Below are positions 30,812 through 43,656 of a DNA stretch of 64,000 nucleotides, in pieces. Under the pieces are notes generated by a model, which was not told the origin of the DNA, did no database searches, and saw only the letters and a program-made list of their open reading frames with translations. The DNA lies in assembly GCA_951406725.2 (NCBI GenBank), contig OX597824.1, positions 49,848,001 through 49,912,000 on the forward strand, read 5' to 3'. Within the stretch, counting starts at the first letter, position 1; every line of letters begins with the position of its first letter. The translations under genes were made by a program, and so were the position numbers. The DNA comes from Octopus vulgaris. Taxonomy: Eukaryota.

Positions 30812-31269
30812 TAGTATATATATATCATTTAAATACATATATAGTTTCCCTATATAAAGATCTTTTGTACGTTATGCATTTTGTTTTCGTTTCTTTCTCT
30901 TCTTTCCCCCTACAAATCTCTCTCTCCTCTCTCCATCTCTTCTCCCTCTCTCCCTCATTCCCTATCTTTCTCCGTCTCTCTCCCTCTCTCTCTCTCTATC
31001 TGCCTGACTGTCTGTTTTTCTAAAATTTTTCGTTCCTTTTGTTCTTTTTGTGTCTGTCTTTCTCGTTCGCCTTTCGTTTTCTGTCTTTCTCTTTCTTTCT
31101 TCCTTTCTTTCTCTTTTCTTTCCTTTTTTTCTTTTATGAATTTGTTTCCCCACAACGCACCAACACCTGCAACTCAAATACATTATATTTATTATGTTTT
31201 TCCGCACCTTTTCTTTCTTCCGTTTCAAATATAAATTGTGTTGCGATTTTTGTTAGAACAATAGTACGT

Positions 31270-31345
31270 TGGCGCATCTATGTCGTCCTGCTTCACCACA
31301 TCCGCCGCCATTTTGCAAATACCGTACCGGAAGTTGAACGACTTC
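31270..31345. promoter_or_regulatory. Candidate promoter/enhancer with YY1 and ETS motifs
   Basis: CCGCCGCCATTTTG (YY1 consensus) and ACCGGAAGT (ETS/GABP consensus) lie about 10 bp apart in a CpG-containing patch. Motif evidence only. Confidence 0.35.
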
Positions 31346-32135
31346 TCTACACAGACAGCAGTTTCCTACAAGTCGGTTGTCACACCAAAATTTGTTTTGT
31401 CTTTACACATTGGAGATTAATGATTGGTGAATCCGTTTTATTTATTTATCAGTTTATTTTTTATCTGATTTCATGAAATTAGCGATGGTTATAAAAGACA
31501 TCAAGGGTTTATGCACCACCGAGGGAGGTGTCATTTGGTCGCTCAACTTGGTATAGCAACTAAATTTCTATTACATCGCACCTCAACGTCTTAAGGAGGG
31601 AAGGAAAACAATGGATAATGCGGTGGTAAGTATTAAAAAAAGCCGGAATGGTCACGTGTGGAAGGTTTTTTGTCATTGGTCTCTCTGCTCTATCACGTCC
31701 GACTGGGAGTGAAAACAACATATAAACTAAAACAAGCACATCGACTAGCAAGAAAAATGTTAATGTAACCCGCAAATAAATGAATAAAACGAAGTCCGCA
31801 ACAATATGAAAAACAATAGAAACTACAAGAAACAAAAAGTAAAAAAAAAAGTAAAACGGAAAAAAATTCAACGAAGAAAATGAATTCCTAATTAGGCGTG
31901 AATATTTAGAGGTTTTCACGAGAAGAGACAATGAGGAAATAGGAAGATGTAAGTCGTGAGTCACTGCATTTGCCTGCAAGATCAGCGAAGTGAATCGCTT
32001 TTAACCGGGAATTGAAATAGAGATGATGACCCGATTCGCAGCTTACGCAGCGCTACGATCTATTAACACCGTCATCATCGCAACTAACACCACTATTAGC
32101 ACCAGCACTAGTTCCCTCCCTCCCTCCCTCCCTCC

Positions 32136-32202
<67 letters not shown>

Positions 32203-32442
32203 AGATCTCACCACTGCCACTACCGCAATCCCTATCATCACTCACTGCTACCAATGTCACTCAACCGCCCACCACCACCACCACCACCACCACCACCACT
32301 ACCCACCACCGCCACCACTATCACCCACCACCACCACCACCACCACCACCACCACCTCATGAAGAATGAAGAACGATTCAATACTTTTCAGGAGAGTTAC
32401 ATATTCATTTCTCTCACCCCTCACTCTCTCTCTCTCTTTCTC

Positions 32443-32494
<52 letters not shown>

Positions 32495-32556
32495 GGGACA
32501 AATGCATATACAGTTATATACAAATATACATATATTTGCACACATAGACACATATC

Positions 32557-32593
<37 letters not shown>

Positions 32594-32756
32594 TTTATAT
32601 TTTATTTTGTATTTTATATTTTATATTGTATTTTATATTTTCTTTTTGTAACATATTTCTACTATATATATGTATATATGTATATATAAATGTATGTGTG
32701 TATGCATGTGTATATATATGTCTATGTGTTTATGTATCTGTATATATATATGTATA

Positions 32757-32789
<33 letters not shown>

Positions 32790-34368
32790 TTTATATACAT
32801 ACACATACATATACATCTATATCTATTTATCTATCTATATACACACATACACGCACGCACACAAATATGTGTGTGTGTGTGTGTTTATATATAAATTTGT
32901 TGAGCATTGGGACAATATGTTTAGTTATGTCGTTTATATTCTGCGTTCAAATGTCACCGAGTCCAACTCTGCTATTCATTCTTCGGGGATCAATGAAATA
33001 TGACAGTGCCTGCGTACTTTAAAAGTTATGGTCTTTTGTCAATGTAAGAAATCATTACCATGGGATTATGTTTAGGGCAGAGCTTTGCAGTTAAATTCTT
33101 CAACTTACGCATTCACCTCCATCCCCTTCACCTCCTTATCATGAACAATAATATTATCTTCCTCCCTTCGACATTATCATCATTATCATCATCATCTTTG
33201 CCACTCCGATCTTCACTACCACCACAACCACCACAGCTACCGCTACCACCAACATTATGACCATTACTACTGCCACCACCACCACCACCACCGTTGCCTC
33301 TGCCACCGCTGCCACTACCACCATTACCATACCATCACTACCATGACCACCACTACCATCACCACACACTCTCCCACCTTTGCCGTCACCGCTGCCGGTC
33401 CGCCACCACCACCGCCTTAGCTTCTCTGTACATTTAGATTCTTGATCCTTGGATGTAGGTAATGTGTTTTCATTTATCCGTTTCGACAACCACTAACTAT
33501 TCTTTCTCTTTTCTTTCATTATACCTTTTGAATTTTCTTATTCTTTTCCTCACTTCGGTTTTGATTTAGCAATCAAAATCTCTATCAATCATCTAGAATC
33601 ATATCTATCCTAATTTCAGCATTAGTTTTCTAATTCTCAAGATTATCAGAGTTTTCGAATTTTAATTTCCCTTTGAAATTCCTCTCACGTCGTTAATCGT
33701 AATATGTACAAAGGTAAGTTTGGAGCAAAGAGGAAGACCTAACGTACATGAATCAATTTAAGCTGATCGGTTTTCTAAAGGTTTTCTACACACACACGCA
33801 CACACACACACACACACACGTATATTTATGTGTGTGTATATGTGTGTTCATGTGTAAGTACGACGTGTTTATGTTTATATATAACAGTAATTTTAATGAA
33901 GGAATAGAGAAATCAAGTGCGTTCCGACGAACATGCGACATTTATTTTATATTACATCCAAGTGTTATGCAATGTTATATAATAAATCTAAAACCAGATC
34001 ACTTTGTCAGACATTCTGATTTTGCCGAAGCAAACTACCTTAGAGTTTAAATAACTCTTATATGTAATATGAAATAAATAGCGGATGTCTATCGAAACGT
34101 ACATAATATTCATTTGATTCCTCAATTCTTCAATTAATATTATTGTTATTTACTCCGTGTGTATTATAACATACCTATTTGGTATACATTGCTTAGATTT
34201 GCGAAGTACTACTATAATCATTGGCTGAAGAACAGCAAATTGTTTTTGGTTGCTTGAAGTGTGTAGTTTTTACACTACTGCTTGAGCTCTTTGCTTGTTA
34301 AGTTCTTGCATGAAATGCTGCTGACGTCATCGCCTTCAATATATTCATCCTCAGAATTATTATTATTA

Positions 34369-34424
<56 letters not shown>

Positions 34425-34600
34425 TACAGATTCTTGCATGCAAGTGAACTTTGGATTTTCTGATTGGATTAGGAGTACAACCGCAGATCTAAATTTCATG
34501 TGAATTTAATGATCAGGATTGATCAATGTAGTTAGCCAAGTTTAGATAGCTACAGATTGCTTACAAGGTATCTGCCTGGATTTGCGTATCCCTATTAATT

Positions 34601-34677
<77 letters not shown>

Positions 34678-34789
34678 TACAAGACGCACACACACACAAG
34701 ACTCCCACACACATGCACATATACACACAACACAGACACACACGCATAGGTAAACCTACACGCTCGCACACGCGCACACACATATACAT

Positions 34790-35010
34790 ATATTTTAATA
34801 AACGTGGCTGGTTTAATGAAATATATTCATATATTTTATCATCTATTATTGATTTAATGAAATATATTTTACAAATGGCGATTGATTTTAAGTAAATTAT
34901 ATTTTAATAAGGGTGATTGATTTAATGAAACTATTTTAATATTGGGTATTGATTTAATAAAATTTATTTTAATAATGATGATTGATTCAATGAAAAATAT
35001 TTTAATAACA
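34790..35010 (+). repeat. Degenerate AT-rich minisatellite, about 33-bp unit
   Basis: ATTGATTTAATGAAA..TATTTTAATAA recurs about six times. Confidence 0.7.
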
Positions 35011-36027
35011 CTAACTGAGGTCAGTGGAGAAATCTGTTGTATTAGCTGCAGATTCTTTTGAAGAAGACAAAGTTCTAGAAGCAGTAAAGGCAGTTCAAAG
35101 GAAGAGAAGACTAGCTCTCGTCGACCATCCATGTAAACTTTTTAGCAGTCCCGCGTAGAGAATGTCATTATATGTTTCATTCAAATTTGGGCTTCCACAG
35201 TCATCCAAGAAGTAATCACGTTAGAAGGAGGCGAAAGAGAAGTAACCCTAGTGAGTAGGGTAACTTCTCGGATCAGGTAAGTTCATAACGACGACGACGT
35301 TTCCCTACACATTCATCGGTCATGGTGCACACCAAACACTGAAGAATTAGGTGAAGGTCATGTTGAAAGGCAACTCAAACTATTTAAGAGTATGAAAATA
35401 GATGGAAATAACGATAAGTTTAGATGGGAGTTTGAAATAAAAGGTCAAAGGGTGAATTTAGAAATGTTAAACAAAATGTGTTAACGCGAATTGGGTTACA
35501 TTGACCTGTCGATAAAAACTAAGTCACAAATTGAATAACTGCAGTTGTATCTTCGTCTTGATTGCAATTATATTCATTAATTATTACCTGGGCCATTAAT
35601 TGTAAATTCCTTATTTCCTGTATTTATTAAAATTAGCGAAAACCCGGAAAATAAATAGATAAATGAAATAAACGAACAAAGTATATATTTATCTTTATTG
35701 ATAAAATTATATGATTACTCAAAATGCCTGCCATTAATTTTCATAAATCTTCGATGGGTATTTCGAATATTAAGTTTATGCTACTACAATTATATAAGAT
35801 TATGTAAGAGTGCCCTCTTTCACTGTAAAATATAATGTTTAACGCCGGTATTTTAGAGTCAAATTTAGTTAATGTTCCGTTGCTGAAGGCTTGATTAGTA
35901 AAAATTCATATAGCGAAATAGTGTTTCACGCAAACTCAACAAATATACTTTGCATTACATAAATATCATACATCTTTCACTCCTCAACATATATTTCTTC
36001 AAAATAATCCAAAACACTAATAATCCG

Positions 36028-36203
36028 TTCTATTTTTAGGCACAAGGCCTGGAATTTTGAGCTAGTCGAGCTCACCTGGTACTTATTACATCAGCCCCAA
36101 AAGGATGAAAGACAAAGTAGACCTCGGTGGAATTTGAGCTCAGAAGAAATACCACTAAGCATTTTGTCCGACACACTAACAATTCTGGCAGAGGCCGCCT
36201 TCT
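36028..36203 (-). mobile_element. SINE family A, diverged
   Basis: Reverse complement of the family A core and tail. Confidence 0.75.
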
Positions 36204-37623
36204 AAAAGACTAATACTCTAGAACCGACTCATAGTTCTCCTCTTGTTCCATAGATTGTAATACTTAAAACACAACATAAACAACTTTCAATACACTTTAA
36301 ACTTTATCATACAACACATCAACATACGATAAACGTCACTCATTTATATACAATAGACATCTTCATCAATATGCAATAGAAATCACTCATCATTCAACAT
36401 TCAACACTTCACATCATAAAGCACCAACAATAATCATCATTCAACACTCTACAATCTTCACACTTCCCTCAAGTCTTTAAATTCGTTTACGAGCGTCCAA
36501 TGAATAACATTTTAGCATTCAGTACTCGGTTCCTCTTCAACGTATCAATCATCATGCAATGCTAGTCACTCGCTACCTCACATTTTACAATACACTCATA
36601 TACTTTCATGCAGTAAGTGGTTGTCAACATTCAATAATCATCATTCATCGCTCATTTCTCTATAATAAATATACTAACACCTCAATAAACACCGCTCACT
36701 CTCCTATTGCTTATTACAGCAATACCGTATGGTCGTAAAGAACAATAAACTATACTCGCCACTGACACTTTACCGCTCATCAATCGCTATAGTAAATCTG
36801 AAGTCCTACATAGCCTTAAAAGACAGGAAGGTCACGGTTGGAACACTTTTGATTATAAGTGTGATAAATGAGAACCACATTAATGTGGTTATATTATATT
36901 ATCTACATTAATATAAAACAAAGTAACTAACCAGGAAAAACAATCCGAAAGAAAATGTTTTCCAAGCAAAATGACATTTACATTATCTTGTCTGTCTACT
37001 TTTCTGTCTGACCATCCTTTTACGTTAGTCTAAGTGTTTATTAAAGTTACCTAGTCTTTATATTCATCCGTTTGTCTGTACATTTTACTATCCGCCTATC
37101 TTGCCATTTGCATGTAAATCTTTCTCTTTGTATGTCCATTTTACTATCTGTTGTAACTTTAGCAATTGCATTTTAGCCATTCAAATACACAGAAACCGTC
37201 AACTTAATTGGTTAATTTATTACTTGGTTTCAAACTTTTCGTCGCTCTGTTCCACAGCAACTGGTGTGAAACTGGATTTATCTGCTTTTTTCTCCTTTTT
37301 CTCTCCTGTATAAGACAGTCATCCTCATTCTCATGATGTGGTGTCCATTCTTGATCAGTTATTGTGGCTTTCGTTGCACTCTATGGATGTAGTAAGTTCT
37401 TTCTATTTCTTTCTTTTCTCTGTGTTTGTGTGAGGGGGTGTCACTTATGGCTTTATACAATCAAGCAGAGCAAAACAACAACAATAACAGCAACCATTTC
37501 ATACTGGTACACAGAAATCTTTTGACTGTTTTTACACGATCACTCCACCAGCTAGAAATAATAGCCAAAATTAACATTTTAGTTAATATAGAATCCGTTG
37601 TGTCGTAAATATAATCCCAAGTT

Positions 37624-37900
37624 ATATTTCCGTCTGTATGTTATTATTGTCCATACGTTCATATTTCCGTCCGTGTGTCCATATTTCTTTTCGTATGCTC
37701 ATATTTCTGTCCGAATCTCCATATTTCTATTTGTACGTCCATATTGCAGTCCCTAAGTCCATATTTCCGTCCATATGCCCATATTTCTGTTCGTATGCTC
37801 GTATTTGTATCCGAATCTCCATATTTCTATTTGTACGTCAACATTGAAGTCTATACGTCCATACTTTCGTTCGTATGTCCATATATCTGTCTACGTGTAT
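37624..37900 (+). repeat. 20-bp minisatellite with a 5x20 = 100-bp higher-order repeat
   Basis: Units start ATATT at 20-bp spacing from 37661; units n and n+5 are the closest pairs. Confidence 0.85.
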
Positions 37901-38262
37901 TTTCCCGTACGCATAATAATATTCTTGTCACACAATTGTGCTTATTTTCATTCCTTTCTATTTCTATAATACTCTTTGTATAATATAACCAAATATATTG
38001 CTTACTTCATAAAGGTTTACAAACCTTAAGATTGCTTTGTTCCAATGTTAGAGCATCTGTTATGTTTATAGAAGATGCGGGTTCGTGTCCCATGGACAGC
38101 TTTCGACTTTTTCTGTCCAAAGGGTTTTTAAAACTAATATTTACATGCTATTATTTTTAGCTTTAGCTACTTCGAGTATAACAATATATGTTTGCCAAGC
38201 TTACGCTTCAAACCGTTGGAAGTGGCTATAACCTGAACAACATTTAAATATTGGTCACAAAT

Positions 38263-38468
38263 TTTGGCACAAGGCCAGTAATTTTGGGAAGGGGATAAGT
38301 CGATTACATTGAACACCGGTGCTCAACAAATATTTATTTTATCGATCTCGAAAGGATGTAAGGCAAAGTCAACCTCAGCGGAATTTGAACTCAGAATGTA
38401 AAGACGGAAAAAAATGGGGCTAAGCATTTTGTGCAGCGCGGTAACGATTCAGCTAGCTCACCGCCTTT
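38263..38468 (-). mobile_element. SINE family A, diverged
   Basis: GGCACAAGGCC..AAGGCAAAGTCAACCTCAGCGGAATTTGAACTCAGAA. Confidence 0.8.
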
Positions 38469-38673
38469 CACAAGCGTTAAATATTAGCATCAGAGTTATA
38501 CGATTAACATCATGTTTTGTTAGCATACTAATTTCTAAATTTCAATTATTAAATCAAACTGCAAACTACAATATTAATTATCAAATATACGAGTAGCTTA
38601 TATTATAAAGTTTATTTTGTAAAATTCTGATTTTCTAGGTTTCTCTGAGCACACAATCACACACACACACAGA

Positions 38674-38756
<83 letters not shown>

Positions 38757-38825
38757 CTACACACACATATCTACACACACATTAGAAATAAACAATTACT
38801 CATAAATATATAAATATATAAATAA

Positions 38826-38940
38826 AGGCGCAGGAGTGGCTGTATGGTAAGTAGCTTGGGCAAGTGTCTTCTACTCTAGCCTCGGGCCGACCAAAACCTT
38901 GTGAGTGGATTTGGTAGACGGAAACTGAAAGAAGCCTGTC

Positions 38941-39006
<66 letters not shown>

Positions 39007-39225
39007 ATGTGTTTGTGTGTCTGTGTTTGTTCACCTAACATCGCTTGACAACCGATGCTGGTGTGTTTATGTCCCTGTAACCTGGCGGTTCGACAAAAGA
39101 GACCGATAGAATAAGTACTAGGCTTACAAAGAATAAGTCCTGGGGTCGATTTGCTCGACTAAAGGCGGTGCTCCAGCATGGCCGCAGTCAAATGACTGAA
39201 ACAAGTAAAAGAGAAAAAGAGAGAG
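38826..39225 (+). mobile_element. SINE family B with an internal deletion in the head
   Basis: Matches the 30393 copy but lacks the B-box segment. Confidence 0.9.
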
Positions 39226-39517
39226 AAAGAAATATATAAATATATTGATATACATGTATTTTGTTAATAACCGTGCAAAATGAGTGCACTAACCTCTCTC
39301 ACTCGTTCTCTATCCATCTATCAATCTCTGCATATATGTATGTGTATGTAAGCGTTTTCGTGCGTGTGTAGGTTTGTGTGTATACGTGTATATGTGTGAG
39401 TGTATATATTTGTAAATGTATGTATGCGTGTGTGCTTATGAAACTTGCCTTCATGTGGTATTATTGCATCTCATATGCATTAATATGGGAGTTAATCTAC
39501 GTAGTTCACCCTTTCAC

Positions 39518-39570
<53 letters not shown>

Positions 39571-39687
39571 AATCAGTCAGTCTGTCTGTCTGTCTGCCTA
39601 TCCATTTATCTGTCTGTCTGTCTATCTATTCATTTACCTATCTCTCTCTCTCTCTATCTATCTATGTCTGCCTGTCTGTCTATCAAT

Positions 39688-39758
<71 letters not shown>

Positions 39759-40249
39759 AATCAACCCATCATATGACGGTTAATGTTTGATGGTATATTT
39801 TTACCACCATGAACAATACAAGGAAATATAGCATTCGTACAAAACTTATAATTTACTTTTTAGTAAATTTGTTGGTACCTTTACAAAATGATAGCGAATA
39901 AATAATATGCATTAACAGAAAAGGAAATAAAACAAATTTCTCATACCTATTCTGTCATTTACTGCTACTCATCTTCTTCTTCCTGTTCGCCTCCTCGGCA
40001 TTCAATTTTACTATTACTCATTTTCTCTCACTGTGTGTGTTTGTACGCGCGTCTGTATGTATGTAGTGTTCTATCACTCATTGTCCTGCCACCAAGCCTA
40101 GTATGTGCATTCATCGTGCGTCTATTATGTTAACTCTCTTTGTATTTCTCTCTTATTCTCTCTCCCCATCTCCCTTCTCCCACTCTCTCTCTATACGGCG
40201 TAAAGCCTGAATGGATAAATCAACCTTATTCATATCGGGTATTATATGA

Positions 40250-40286
<37 letters not shown>

Positions 40287-40353
40287 CACACAAAGACGCA
40301 CACACATACGAAGATATCTATGTATATATATATATATATATATTTATATATAA

Positions 40354-40860
40354 AGGGGGTGGGCGACAATAGACAGATATGGAGTTTTTACACCTTTTGA
40401 ACAAAAGAAAATTTTCCTCCCCGGTAACTGCAGTGAATTTGCCTTTTAGCTGTTGAAATATATCGTCACAAACGTATTTTAATTAACTTAAACTTCGTTT
40501 ATGCCTAAATACTACTTGGCGCTGAAATGGGGATTACCACGACCGTCGCAAACTAGGCAATGTTGTTGAGTGTATTTTAGTTAAAGCTATGCTTTGATAA
40601 GGTCTATCCAGAGTTGCTTCTCTTAGGTATTTCCCATTCATAACGGCTGAAGCACTAGAAACATTGATGTGTAAGAATCCTGATAGGGGGCGATACTGAA
40701 CAGATATGGTGTTTTTACACCTTTTTACCATAACAAAGAATTTTTCCTCCACAGTAACTGCAGTGAATTTGTCTTTTAACACTTGAAATATGCCACAAAT
40801 TTATTTTAACTAATCTAAACTTTGTTTATGCTTAAACAATGCTCGGTGCTGATATTACGG

Positions 40861-40862
<2 letters not shown>
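40354..40862 (+). repeat. Partial tandem repeat (about 330-bp period) between (TA)n tracts, with a decayed hammerhead-like 3' half
   Basis: GGGCGA..ACAGATATGG..TTTTACACCTTTT..GTAACTGCAGTGAATTTG occurs twice; GAAA-CATTGATG-TG at 40658-40671. Confidence 0.6.
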
Positions 40863-40930
<68 letters not shown>

Positions 40931-40935
40931 AGATA

Positions 40936-41805
40936 CTAGCTGACGTACCCTTTAATTCTCGGGAAAGCGGGGCTTATCCCTTGGTTCCAATGCATAATTG
41001 TTTCGCTAATCCAATAACAACAATGCAAAGTATGTAGCCCTTAAAACGGTTTTTGTGCATTTACAGAGAATACCAAACTGTCTTACATAAGATCTTGTTT
41101 TTAGGAATTCTCAATAAGTTATGAAAACCCAAATTGTGAAGTCAGTTATGTAATAACATGAAATTAGTTACCCGATAGTAATAATTCAAATAAAGTAACC
41201 CCGAAAAGGGCTTTGATGCGTTTCCAGAATATATAGAACTTAGGAGATAATACTAATAAGGTATGTATACTAAAATCGTGAAGCATGTTACGTTATAACA
41301 GGCTGATCAGATATGAGATAATAACAATACAAAGTAAATAACTCTGAAAAGAGCTTTTGTGCGCTCCCAGAGAATATTACCCTCAGCGGCGCTAGTGTTG
41401 GTATATTCGTGAATAAGTCACTAACCAAAGTAAGTGAATATATTGTTTAGGTAAATACTATTTACTTGTTTAAGGGTTGTACTGGATAATTTGCGAAAAT
41501 AACTCTAACAGTTCAAATACTGAGAAATAAGCATTCTCAATTTGATTTATACCAAATTATTTAGGAAAATAAATGGGTTATGTCCTTTGGCTGTTAAAAT
41601 TATATATATATATATATATAAGGATCCCTTCCAGGAGCCCTATTATTGATTCTTTTTCAATAATCTGAGTATGGAATGAGGTTTCCAGACATGAGTTCTA
41701 CTCACGTAAAAAGTGTCATCAAAATCGATAAAACGATGTGGGAGGAGTTAGCTAACAAATCCACAAACACACCCACAGACAGAATTCTCCACATATGCAG
41801 TATAT
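40936..41805 (-). mobile_element. Older non-autonomous Helitron-like element
   Basis: On the + strand it begins ACTAG followed by a CCC...GGG hairpin remnant, and its other end resembles that of the 41813 element. Confidence 0.5.
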
Positions 41806-41812
41806 ATATATA

Positions 41813-42213
41813 CTAGCAGTATCGCCCGGCGTTGCTCGGGTTTGTAAGGGAAATAACTATATAAGCATTTTTAGTGAGTTATAGCAAAAAAATAGCCAAA
41901 AATGCATTAAAAATGGAATAAAAAATTATGGTAATTTTTTTTTAAATCGTTGACTCATCGTAGACATTTTTAGAGAGTTACTTCCCTTATATAATAGCGA
42001 AAAATGCATTAAAATGGAATATAAAATAATGGTAAATTTTTTTTAAATCGTTGACTCATCGTAGACGCGCGCTAATACCCAGAAGGGCTCGATATGAATC
42101 ACGACTATAAGATACCCGGTTTTGGTTACACTGCACCGCAAAATGTGGGAGTAGTTAGGAATCTAAATCGAAGGGGACAGACACTCACACAACTACAGTT
42201 TTATATATATAGA
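41813..42213 (-). mobile_element. Non-autonomous Helitron
   Basis: Minus strand starts A|TC and ends with hairpin CCCGAGCAACGCCGGG plus CTAG|T; it has an internal tandem duplication; a second copy is at 46164. Confidence 0.88.
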
Positions 42214-42574
42214 TATATAATATTTATCTATCTATATGTCTATCTCTTTATCATGTATATATGTACATGTGTGTATAAATATATATACAATATAACAGTA
42301 CACCTTTGATGTAGGCCTAAGGAAGTGGTACTCTAAAGTCTAAAACCGCAAATATATAAATTTTTACTTCGAACTTTTTATGTGAACTGGCGTTGAAAGT
42401 AGAGATAGCACACAAACAATTGCAACTGATCATTAAAGATGTGTTAAAGTCTTTCTTTGTCTTATTTGGATAAAATACTTGTATGTATGTATGAATGTAT
42501 GCATGTAAGTGCAGATTTGTATGTTTTATGTATGTATTCTCATGCATATTGTTGCATATCTAGACATGTTCTTA

Positions 42575-43070
42575 TATATTTAAATGATAAACTTCTGGAA
42601 TGTTTTACATATTTTTACAGTTCAATGATCTGTAGTCTTTGAATTAGCTTTCTCCTTTCTAGTTTTGAGAATCCTATTTCCCAAGATTGGTATTTAGGCA
42701 ATGTGTTACATATCGCAGAGCCTCAATAATTACAGGTATTAAATTGAACTGGTAATCTGGATAGAGTAACTGCAGATTTCTCAATAGTTCAGCACAGGTG
42801 TTCGCTTTTTCACTGATCTTCAGCTTTATGTTAACATCCGCTGGTCAGCTAATTTCCACAACTGTGCACAATTTCTCTTTTCTATTCCAAATAATTATAT
42901 CAAGTCTGTTGTGCTTACATTTTATTGAGATCTTCACTGGTACATTCCACCAGTATTCCTTATTATCATGAGTGGTTATGGCTTCTACCATATTGTGAGT
43001 TCTTATTTCTTTGTTCTCGGGATTATCCTTCGATGGATTCCATTATAGTGTCCTAGCTACAACATCACGC
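42575..43070 (-). mobile_element. 3' fragment of a second R4-like non-LTR family (RLE domain)
   Basis: Minus translation KEYWWNVPVKISIKCKHNRLDIIIWNRKEKLCTVVEIS*PADVNIKLKISEK..ELLRNLQLLYPDYQFNLIPVIIEAL. Confidence 0.8.
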
Positions 43071-43119
43071 CTCATATATGTATGTATAAGTATACAGGTA
43101 TACACACAAGTATGTAAAT

Positions 43120-43173
<54 letters not shown>

Positions 43174-43595
43174 ATTTTCACAGATTCACAGACATGCCAT
43201 GTCGGTCTGTGAATGCCTCAAGGGAAGTAAACGATGGCATTTGTGGCAGGTCCGCCTTGACATGGGTATGAAGCAAGTCAGAGAAATTGATGTGAAGACT
43301 TACATGGTCAGCTATTGCAGATTCTGACTGTCAAAACAACAGATCGACCACATCTCCAAGACACCACTTATAGCATTTAAGCATCAGCGATTCTCTCTTC
43401 CGACGTTTGTGCTGGCAGCGATGGTGAGGGTGTTTTCAGTAGTGCTTAGTAGTCGTAGTTGTGTTCGTGTTGTAGCTCTTCTTCTTCTTCTTCTTCTTCT
43501 TCTTCTTCTTCTTCTTCTTCTTCTTCTTCTTCTTCTTCTTCTTCTTCTTCTTCTTCTTCTTCTTCTTCTTCTTCTTCTTCTTCTTCTTCTTCTTC

Positions 43596-43655
<60 letters not shown>

Positions 43656-43656
43656 A

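Noticed and set aside
34275-34499. Short acidic ORF (SEDEYIEGDDVSS)
   Set aside because: It is centred on an (AAT)n tract, is short, and has no identifiable family.
37661-37900. Regularly spaced repeats resembling a CRISPR array
   Set aside because: They are contiguous 20-bp units with no unique spacers, there are no cas genes, and the context is eukaryotic.
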